Shown here in pieces: positions 1-8,283 of a stretch of DNA of 17,773 nt. Made by a program: the position numbers and the translations under genes. Source of the stretch: Tubiluchus corallicola (taxonomy: Eukaryota > Animalia > Priapulida); the NCBI GenBank assembly GCA_030141605.1, contig JAQGDQ010002497.1, forward strand, positions 1 through 17,773. Reading direction: 5' to 3'. A model generated the notes under the pieces. That model saw only the letters and a program-made list of their open reading frames with translations, was not told the origin of the DNA and did not search any database. The number at the start of each line of letters is the position of its first letter. Position 1 is the stretch's first letter.

Positions 1-35
1 CAATGGTATTATTATAGTCATCGAGGAGTAGTTTG

Positions 36-344
36 ATGTCTGATGTAAAGAATATGAGTTTTCTTTTACCGAACAAGGTTAGTGCGTCAGATGGCGTTTC
101 AGTGAAGAGGTCACAAGCTGAGGGGGATGCGTTTTCCGATATGTTGAAAGATGCTATCAAAAGTGTTAATAGCGCACAGCTTGAAGCAGACGACGCCGTC
201 CAGAAGGTGATGAGCGGAGAAACGAAAGATATCCATGACACCATGATTGCCCTTCAAAAAGCGGACGTGTCCTTGAAGCTTATGCTCGAGGTCCGCAATA
301 AGATAACGGAAGCCTACCAGGAGCTCATTCGCACTCAAGTATAA
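36..344 (+). CDS. fliE: Flagellar hook-basal body complex protein FliE
   Basis: Typical FliE C-terminus (FSDMLKDAIKSVN...DIHDTMIALQKADVSLKLMLEVRNKITEAYQELIRTQV). SD GAGGAG at 23-28 precedes ATG 36. Directly upstream of fliF. Confidence 0.95.
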   Translation: MSDVKNMSFLLPNKVSASDGVSVKRSQAEGDAFSDMLKDAIKSVNSAQLEADDAVQKVMSGETKDIHDTMIALQKADVSLKLMLEVRNKITEAYQELIRTQV

Positions 345-394
345 GGGTTGGTTTGTGCATTTTAACTTGTGCTTTCAGGGGTGTTTTTTATTCC

Positions 395-2064
395 ATGACT
401 CTTTATAAGCTCTATACACAATTTAACGAGATTTATGCCAAGCTGACTGTGCTTCAGCGCGTGTCCATTGTGTCCGCTGCTGCAGCATGTGTTGTTCTGA
501 TATTAGCTCTTGTGATCTGGTCCAACAGGGCTGTGTACACAACTCTGTACTCGGGTCTTGGTAGGGAAGACACTGTGGCTGTCATAGATGAGCTCGATGC
601 TCGCGGAGTTAAGTACAAGCTAATCGATGACGACACTATCGAGGTCAGCCAGGATGCTGTGTATAATCTTCGGTTGGAGCTTGCAAACGGCATCCCCAGG
701 GCGGAAAGACCGGTTTTGAGCTTTTTGATTCTTCCCAGTTCGGAATGACGGAATTTTTGCAGGATGTCAATTATCAGCGAGCTCTCGAAGGGGAGCTTTC
801 TCGCACTATCACTAGCATGGACAAGATAAAAGAAGCGAAGGTACATTTGAGTGTTCCGAAGGAGCGCTTGTTTGTAGACGAATTTGAAAGCGCTAAAGCA
901 TCCGTGTCTCTACGCCTTCAGAGCGGAGTTAGCCTTTCTGCGGATGATGTCCGCGGTATAGCCTTTTTGGTTTCTGGCGCGGTGAAGGATTTGAAGCCGG
1001 AGAGTGTTCAGGTTGTAGACACTTCAGGAAGACTCTTGAGTGATTTCCTGAGCGATGAGAACAGGAGCTATTTTTTAACTGCTAGCCAGTTTGAGCACCA
1101 GCGAAACAAAGAGAGAGAGCTTGAAGGCAAGCTCAATTCCATGCTCAGTTTCTTAGGTGAAGGCAGGTATATTGCAAAAGTTACTGCGGAGATGGACTTT
1201 TCGGACAAGGAGACCGTTTCTGAGAAATACGGAGAACAACCTGTTTTGCGCAGCTCCCACGAGCTTGAGATTAATAGTAAAAACTATCCTCACGGTCCCA
1301 CGGGTGTTCCTGGTGTGGAGCCAAACCTTGCAGAGCCGGACATCCTCGGTCTGGATACTTTGTCTGAGTATAGCAAAATAGAGGCTACATCCAACTTTGA
1401 AATAGACAAAACCGTAACTCGGGAAACAAAAAACGCCGGTGTCATTAGGCGCTTGACTGTTGCGGTCATGATAGATGACAAAGAGGTATCAAGCGTTGAC
1501 GGTGAGGGGAACAACATCAAGGTCTATGAGCCTTGGTCCGATGCTGAGATGACTAAGATCAGGAATACTGTTGCAATGGTTGTGGGGATAGATCCCACTC
1601 GTGGTGACGCTGTTGAAGTTACCAACATATCTTTTGATCCCTCCAGAGGTGCTGATGGGTTAAAGATAGGCGGTATTCTCGAGAAGGATGGATTTATGGA
1701 AATATTGCTTCCTGCGATGAAATACATAACATCGTTATTGATAATTGTATTATTTTACTTTTTGATGATTCGCCCCATTCTGAAGCGGCTTGACAAGGCT
1801 CAGGATGTCGATGAGGTTATGCTTGGAGAGACTGCCATAGATGCTCAGCTTGCGACTGTTACTGCGAGTATCGGTGACGAAAGTGGTTTCCCGAGAACTG
1901 TGGAAGATCTGGAGAGAGAGATCGAATCCGAACTTGATGGTAGTGTTCCTGTGGATGTTGATAGTGTGAAAACTAAGGTTATGCTGAAGAAGATAGAGGA
2001 AGTCGCTAATGATGACCCTGAAACGATTGCAAATCTTCTCAAAGCTATGATCAAAGGAGGCTGA
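395..2064 (+). CDS. fliF: Flagellar MS-ring protein FliF, with an apparent 1-nt deletion in the G run at 699-701 that splits it into ORFs 353..748 and 745..2064
   Basis: N-terminal TM segment and LYSGL...LRLELA. Adding one G restores GIPRGGKTGFELFDSSQFGMTEFLQDVNYQRALEGEL. Also AKVHLSVPKERLF, KASVSLRL, IRRLTVAVMID, a second TM and C-terminal DPETIANLLKAMI. Confidence 0.93.
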
Positions 2065-2066
2065 TC

Positions 2067-3104
2067 ATAGACGAAAATAAACTTGTAGGCGAGCTTCTCA
2101 GTGGCAGCAGTGGAAATCAGGCTGGTATACAGAAGTCTGCTATATTGCTTATAGTTTTGGGTGAGGATCTTACCTCTAAGATAATGTCTTTTTTGGAGGA
2201 TGATGAGGTTTCTGATCTGTCAAAAGAGATAGCTTTGACAAAAGTTATCCCTCCTGAGAAGATTGACGAAGTTATAGAAGAGTTTTATAACATGATGCTT
2301 GCCAAACGATTCATCACCAAGGGTGGTCTTGAGTACGCTAAGTCTGTCCTTGTGAAGTCTTTGGGTCCTGAGCGAGCTAGAAAGATAATCGATAGACTCA
2401 CCAAGATGCTCGAGCAGAGCAGCGGTTTTGAATTTTTAAGCAGAATAGACCCGAAGCAGCTTGCCAAGTTTATCATGAACGAACACCCCCAGACGGTTGC
2501 CCTGATCTTGGCGCATCTTGATCCCAGTCATGCTGCGGAATCTATGATGCAGTTGCCTGAGGATCTCAAGGCTGAGGTTGCCGTCAGGATAGCAAATCTG
2601 CAAGATATTTCTCCCAGCGTTGTCAAGACGTTGTCCAAGGTTCTCGAAGAGCGTTTTGAAGCTATCTCTTCTTATAACGTTGAAGTTGGCGGCGTAAAGT
2701 CCATTGCGGAGATATTTAACAGGATGGACAGAGTTGCCAGCAAGGCGACTCTTGATCGCCTTGAAAAGGATTCGCCTGAGCTTGTGGCAAAGATACGGGA
2801 TATGATGTTTGTATTTGACGATATTAAGACACTGAGCGCTAACGCTGTCCGTGAAATACTGAAAAAAGCTGATAAAAAGGTCCTCACTCTGGCGCTAAAG
2901 GGGGCAGACGAAGCTACGAAGGAGGCTTTCTTTAGCAATATGTCCAAGCGTGCTACAGATACTATGATTGAAGAGATGGATTATATGGGGCCTGCTTCTG
3001 AAGGATGTTGAGAAGGCGCAGCATGAGATTATCGGCATAGCAAAGAGCTTGAGGAAGAGGGTGTTATCAGCATTGGCGGTGGTGAAGAGGAGCAGTTTGT
3101 TTAG
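2067..3104 (+). CDS. fliG: Flagellar motor switch protein FliG, with probable ATA start and two small deletions near the 3' end (about 2994 and 3042-3044)
   Basis: GIQKSAILLIVLG, GGLEYAKSVL, EHPQTVALILAHL, GGVKSIAEIFN and MFVFDD motifs. The C-terminus LKDVEKAQHEIIGIAK / LEEEGVISIGGGEEEQFV* is readable across two frame changes and ends at TAG 3102-3104. Confidence 0.93.
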
Positions 3105-3182
3105 ATTTGCACTGCTTTTTGTGTTTTGAAAATGCCATTTAATGAATTATTTAGTTGTATTTTTACAGTTTAGGAGATTTTT

Positions 3183-4175
3183 TTGAGCTTTAAGGGTAAG
3201 AAGATTTTGAAGAACTTTGATGTGGATGGCGGTGATCAGTTTGAGGCGGTATCTTTCTGCGATGTTCAGAAGGGTAGCTTCGCTTTTCAGTTGCCGTCTA
3301 TATCCCAGGAAGAGTTCCGCACATCTAGAAGTGGCAGCGACAAAGCGAGTATGAAGTCTAGCCATCAGCCGCCCAGAAGCACTATACACAAGGCTGGAGA
3401 GACATATCGCTCTTACAATTTTGATACCAAATGGAAGGAAGAGGATAGCTATATAAGCCACAGATCAGCTATTAAAAACAGAGAAGTGAGTAGCTCTAAC
3501 CAAAAAATTATTCGGAGCGAGGAGGCTGAAGCTGAGGCAGGAGTTTCGGCATCGGATTATTCTGCTTTAGCTGCGGAGCTTCAAAGGTTGAAGGGCATAA
3601 ATGCAGAGCAACTCGTTACCATTGAGAAGCTGAAAGAGGAGCATACGGCAGGTCTCGAGGAATGTAAAAGTTAGCGGATGAAGCCGGGTTTGAGCGGGGA
3701 GTTGCATCCGTCAACTCGGAAAAGGCCAGAAATATGAAGCTTCAAAAGAAAGGATTATATCGATAATTTAAATACCCTTTATGATGATGTTCGCACAGAG
3801 ATGAAGGATATTAAAGAGTCGCTCAAGATGATGGATGAAGAGATACCCAAGATGATCGTTGAGTGTGTGAGGAATGTTATCGGGGTCGAGAGAAAGCTTA
3901 ATGATGCCTTGGTGTTGAGCGTAATCAAGAGCAATATGGACAAAATCAGGGGGCTTGAGGATGTCACGATACTCGTCAGTCCTGTGGATGCTGAGTTGAT
4001 GCCTGAGGGTTTTGAGGGCTATCATGTGGAGTCTTCCCCCTCCTTACAAAAAGGCGGAATCAAGTTACGCTCAAAGCTCGGAGAGATAGACCTTTCCATA
4101 GAAACTATCTTGTCAAATTTGGAAAAGCAGATATATGAAGAATTTGCATCAACTCTCGAAGCTGAAGGAGATTAG
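3183..4175 (+). CDS. fliH: Flagellar assembly protein FliH, interrupted by at least two indels (about 3666-3669 and 3738-3763)
   Basis: Lies between fliG and fliI. SD AGGAG precedes TTG 3183. An alternative frame over 3671-3763 gives the FliH-type AxxxGxxxG (LADEAGFERG). C-terminal VTILVSPVD...SLQKGGIKLRSKLGEIDLSIET matches the FliH fold. Confidence 0.85.
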
Positions 4176-5454
4176 CAGCTCTCTCGTTGCCATCAGCGGC
4201 AGGGTTACAAAGCTTATAGGATTGACTATCGAGGCTGACGGTCCTTTGCTCAGTGTTGGGAGTCGTTGTACCATTGACCTTATCAGTGGTGGCAATATCT
4301 TGGCGGAGATCGTCGGCTTTAGGGATGATCGCGTTATCCTTATGCCTTACGGTGTCAGTGACGGTATTGGCCCGGGTAGTATTGTTCGCAATGTTTCGGA
4401 TGTTAATAGCGTCAAGGTTGGGGACGGACTCTTGGGGCGCGTCATAGATAGCTTTGGAGAGCCTATCGATGGTTTAGGCCCGATCCCTTATGCTTGCGAG
4501 CGTTCCATTTATTCTTCTCCTCCCGTTGCTATGGAGCGAAAAATCATAACGGAGCCTATCAGTACAGGAGTTAAGGTTATCGATGGTCTGTTGACCATTG
4601 GGCGCGGTCAACGTGTGGGGATATTTGCAGGCAGTGGAGTTGGCAAGTCCGTCACTCTCGGAATGGTCGCTAGAAATACTGAAGCTGAGGTTAATGTAAT
4701 TGCGCTGATCGGTGAGCGCGGAAGGGAAGTGCGTGAATTTTTAGAGCGGGACTTGGGCGAAGAGGGCCTGAAGCGCAGTGTTGTTGTAATAGCAACGAGT
4801 GATAGCCCGCCTTTGGTCCGGAGAGTGGCGCCCTTTGTCGCAACTACTGTTGCAGAATATTTTAGAGATCAGGGAAAAGATGTTATGCTGATGATGGATT
4901 CCATAACGCGCATTGCCATGGCCCAACGAGAAATAGGCCTTGCAGTCGGGGAGCCTCCCACCACAAAGGGGTATCCTCCATCCGTGTTTGCCCTTTTTCC
5001 AAAGCTCCTTGAAAGAGCCGGCACCAGCGCTTATGATGGCAGTATCACGGGCTTGTACACTGTCCTCGTGGAGGGGGATGACATGAGCGATCCTGTTGCG
5101 GACATTAGCCGTTCTATCTTGGATGGTCACATAGTTTTGAATAGAAGCCTTGCGGATAAAAATCATTATCCTGCCATAGATCCTCTAAAGAGTGCGAGCA
5201 GGTTGATGAAGGATATCGTATCTGCTGATGCATTTGCGTCTGCTGGAAAGATTAGAGATCTGCTTGCAAGCTACGGTGAAGCGGAAGATCTGATAAATAT
5301 TGGAGCGTATGTCAAGGGGAGCAATCCCAAAATAGATGAGGCTTTGAGTAAAATAGACGACATCAATTCTTTTCTAAGACAGAGAATTGACGATAAGTAC
5401 AGTATGGAAGATGCGTTGGAGATCGTAAAAGGTATTGCGGGGGTGACGTTATGA
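4135..5454 (+). CDS. fliI: Flagellum-specific export ATPase FliI
   Basis: Walker A GIFAGSGVGKS, ALIGERGREVREF, Walker B MLMMDSITR, GEPPTTKGYPPS, SILDGHIVL, LINIGAYVKGSNPKID. Confidence 0.97.
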   Translation: MKNLHQLSKLKEISSSLVAISGRVTKLIGLTIEADGPLLSVGSRCTIDLISGGNILAEIVGFRDDRVILMPYGVSDGIGPGSIVRNVSDVNSVKVGDGLLGRVIDSFGEPIDGLGPIPYACERSIYSSPPVAMERKIITEPISTGVKVIDGLLTIGRGQRVGIFAGSGVGKSVTLGMVARNTEAEVNVIALIGERGREVREFLERDLGEEGLKRSVVVIATSDSPPLVRRVAPFVATTVAEYFRDQGKDVMLMMDSITRIAMAQREIGLAVGEPPTTKGYPPSVFALFPKLLERAGTSAYDGSITGLYTVLVEGDDMSDPVADISRSILDGHIVLNRSLADKNHYPAIDPLKSASRLMKDIVSADAFASAGKIRDLLASYGEAEDLINIGAYVKGSNPKIDEALSKIDDINSFLRQRIDDKYSMEDALEIVKGIAGVTL

Positions 5455-5897
5455 AGAAAGATTTTCCTTTGCAAAAGGTTTTGGATTACAGAAGTCACCT
5501 GTTTATGGTTGAGGAGCAAAAACTTAAAATTTTATCAGAAGAAGAGAAGGAGTTTGAGCGATCGCTTGAGGAGCAGAAGGAGCAGCGAAGACAGAAGATT
5601 AACGAGCTCGAAGTGATGAAATCTGGTGGTGATTTCTCTTTACTCATGCTCTATGAAGGCTATATTCATAAACTGGAAAATGATTTGAGGAGTATAGGGC
5701 GGGAGCTCCAGGCTGTCCGGATGAAGATAGAAAACCAGAAAAAGAGAGCCCTTGAGGCTATGAACAATAAAAAGGTCATGGAAAAACTTTCTCGGAAACA
5801 TGATGACCGATATTCCCTGCACATGAAGAAGGAAGAGGAGAAGATTGTCGATGAGCTCAACATCATGAAGGGCAAGGCGGGTGGTGATGCGTCATAG
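5451..5897 (+). CDS. fliJ: Flagellar export protein FliJ
   Basis: 148-aa coiled coil beginning F-x-LQKVLDYR and ending EEEKIVDE. ATGA overlap with fliI. Confidence 0.9.
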   Translation: MKKDFPLQKVLDYRSHLFMVEEQKLKILSEEEKEFERSLEEQKEQRRQKINELEVMKSGGDFSLLMLYEGYIHKLENDLRSIGRELQAVRMKIENQKKRALEAMNNKKVMEKLSRKHDDRYSLHMKKEEEKIVDELNIMKGKAGGDAS

Positions 5898-6444
5898 TGT
5901 ATTAGTTTTTTTCCTCCTTTTTTCGCTTCCACTTATTGCCAACGAAGATGTAGAGAGTGGTTTTAATGGTGTTGGTGAGGGCTCGTTTGCCGGCGAAGAG
6001 GGTGTTGTGAGTCTGGACGCTTACGCCAAAGAGCTTCAGGAAAAGGAGAAGGTCTTGACCGCTTGGGAACGGGAATTGCAGCAGCGAGAGAATGCTATGA
6101 AGGAGCTTGAAGCTACCGTTCTGAGGAAAGAGGGTGAGATTAAGGAGATACAGCGTGCCGTCGAGAGCAGGTGGGATGAGATTCGTGCCAGAGAGGATGA
6201 AAGCATTGTGAAGTTGGCAAAAATCTACGCCTCTACAAAACCGAAAGACGCAGCTGCTGTCATATCGAAGATGGAAAAGAGGAAAGCCGTGATGCTCTTT
6301 GAGGCTATGGGCGAGTTCAGCGCAGGCAAGATCATGTCAGAACTCGGTCGTATTGATCCAGCTTTTGCAGCCACAATAAGCGAAGCCATGGCGCCTGAGC
6401 CGGATTTTTTTAACAATTTTCTCAATGATGAAAGCCAACAATGA
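5887..6444 (+). CDS. MotE/YlxF(FlbB)-like flagellar-associated protein with an MgtE N-terminal-like helical domain
   Basis: Signal peptide (MRHSVLVFFLLFSLPLIA), long coiled coil, then KLAKIYASTKPKDAAAVISKM...AGKIMSEL...DPAFAA. This family is typically found right after fliJ. Confidence 0.8.
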   Translation: MRHSVLVFFLLFSLPLIANEDVESGFNGVGEGSFAGEEGVVSLDAYAKELQEKEKVLTAWERELQQRENAMKELEATVLRKEGEIKEIQRAVESRWDEIRAREDESIVKLAKIYASTKPKDAAAVISKMEKRKAVMLFEAMGEFSAGKIMSELGRIDPAFAATISEAMAPEPDFFNNFLNDESQQ

Positions 6445-7049
6445 TACTGCCTCCGCACGTTAGCGATTTTACGGATAAATTTAAAACGTACACATTTCAC
6501 GATATTGAAGATATCGCTGCAAGGAGAGATGTGCCGTCCGTTCGTTCCAGTGCCGGGGAATTCTTGAGTTTTTTAGTGAGCTTGTCGAGTCCGGAGACCA
6601 TCCTTGATCTAGGTTGTGGCATCGGTTTGTCCACAAAGTATATGGGGGTGAGCGCTCCAAAAGCTCGTATCATAGGTGTGGACAACAACTTGGAGCGGGT
6701 CGAGTATTGCCGCAAATTTTGCAGTGATTTTGAAAATCTTGAAGTGCATCACGGAAGGGTTGAAAAGTATCTTGCAGATTGCAAAGACACATTTGATTTT
6801 GCTTTTGTGGATACGATTAAAAGGGACTACGCTGTTGTGTGGCACATGTTGTTTCCCCTTATGAAACCGGGCGGCATTGTTGTTTTTGACGATGTGCTTT
6901 TTTACGGTTTCTTATGTGAAGAGGATGCCGAAATTCCACTTAAATACCGAGAAGGGGTCAATGCTTTGCGGGATTTTTTGGCTTTTATGAAGATAAAAGA
7001 TGGTATTTTGGTTTCCGTAGCCAATGGGCTTCTCGTTGTAAAATTATGA
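6441..7049 (+). CDS. trmR: Class I SAM-dependent O-methyltransferase, TrmR/YrrM-like (probable tRNA 5-hydroxyuridine methyltransferase)
   Basis: ILDLGCGIG SAM motif, FDFAFVD, KPGGIVVFDDVLFYG. Adjacent to a U32 gene, as yrrM is in Bacillus. Confidence 0.7.
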   Translation: MILPPHVSDFTDKFKTYTFHDIEDIAARRDVPSVRSSAGEFLSFLVSLSSPETILDLGCGIGLSTKYMGVSAPKARIIGVDNNLERVEYCRKFCSDFENLEVHHGRVEKYLADCKDTFDFAFVDTIKRDYAVVWHMLFPLMKPGGIVVFDDVLFYGFLCEEDAEIPLKYREGVNALRDFLAFMKIKDGILVSVANGLLVVKL

Positions 7050-7065
7050 TTCGGAGTTTTTATAA

Positions 7066-8283
7066 ATGGAACTGCTTGCGCCTGCGGGCAACTTGGAAAA
7101 GCTGAAGTCCGCCATAGCTTACGGAGCGGATGCCGTGTACTTTGGTGGTAAAGATTTTAGCCTGCGGGCAAGATCAGGAAATTTTGATGATGAGACGCTT
7201 GATGAGGGGATCAAATATCTGCACGATGCAGGTAAAAAAGGTTATCTGGCGCTAAACATCTTTGCCCGTAATGATGATATATCGGACATTTGTCATTATG
7301 CCGAGATAGCTTCTTTGAAGGGTGTAGATGCTTTCATTATCAGTGATCCTGGGGTGTTTTCTGCGATCAAATCTATGAATCTCGGCGTTCCCCTGCACAT
7401 AAGCACTCAGGCAAATGTAACTAATGTATCCGCTGTGAATTTTTGGGAACGGATGGGAGCTAGCAGGATTATCTTGGCAAGGGAGCTATCCTCTTTAGAG
7501 ATAAAGCATATATGTGAAAATAGCGATATAGAGATAGAGGTGTTTGTCCATGGGGCCATGTGCATCTCCATGTCTGGCAGATGTCTAATCAGCAATTATA
7601 TGACGGACAGGGATGCCAATCGAGGGGAGTGCTCTCAACCTTGCAGGTGGAACTATGCTCTGGTGGAAGAGACTAGACCTGGTGAATACATGTCCATCCA
7701 GGAGGATGAAAGGGGGACATATTTTTACAACTCCAAAGATCTGAACCTTTTTGACAAACTCGGAGAACTGGCAAGTTTTGGTGTGCACAGCGTTAAGATA
7801 GAGGGCAGAATGAAGAGTATTGCCTATGTGTCCACAGTTACTGGAGTGTATAGGCGTGGAGTAGATTCTGCTGTTTCTGAACTTATGAACTATAAAGCTG
7901 ATGAAAGTTTGTCCTCTCTGCTTTGCAGCGTGAGTAATAGAAGCTTCACAACAGGGCATTATGAAAGTTTTAGCAATGGCTCTGCAGATACCATGAATTA
8001 TGGCAGTAGCTCCTATGTAAGCGAGGCAGACTTTCTTGGAGTGGTAAGGAGAAGAGGAGATGATGTATATCTCGAATGCCGCCATGCTTTTGAAGACGGA
8101 GAATTGCTGCACATCATCGAACCATCCATGAAGGAGACCGCTATCCACATCTCTGATCTTAAGGATGCAGAGGGGCGGGGCATTTTGCGGGCTAATCCGA
8201 ACTCTAAATATTATATGACTGAATTCTCTAATTATGCTGATAATAGCTTGTTGAGAAGATATCGCACCGGTGATGTTAAATGA
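7066..8283 (+). CDS. trhP: Peptidase U32 family protein, TrhP/YegQ-like tRNA wobble-U hydroxylation factor
   Basis: ELLAPAG, YGADAVYFG, LHISTQAN, ILARELS, EVFVHGAMCISMSGRC, NRGECSQPCR (Fe-S ligands) and KIEGRMKS. Confidence 0.85.
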   Translation: MELLAPAGNLEKLKSAIAYGADAVYFGGKDFSLRARSGNFDDETLDEGIKYLHDAGKKGYLALNIFARNDDISDICHYAEIASLKGVDAFIISDPGVFSAIKSMNLGVPLHISTQANVTNVSAVNFWERMGASRIILARELSSLEIKHICENSDIEIEVFVHGAMCISMSGRCLISNYMTDRDANRGECSQPCRWNYALVEETRPGEYMSIQEDERGTYFYNSKDLNLFDKLGELASFGVHSVKIEGRMKSIAYVSTVTGVYRRGVDSAVSELMNYKADESLSSLLCSVSNRSFTTGHYESFSNGSADTMNYGSSSYVSEADFLGVVRRRGDDVYLECRHAFEDGELLHIIEPSMKETAIHISDLKDAEGRGILRANPNSKYYMTEFSNYADNSLLRRYRTGDVK

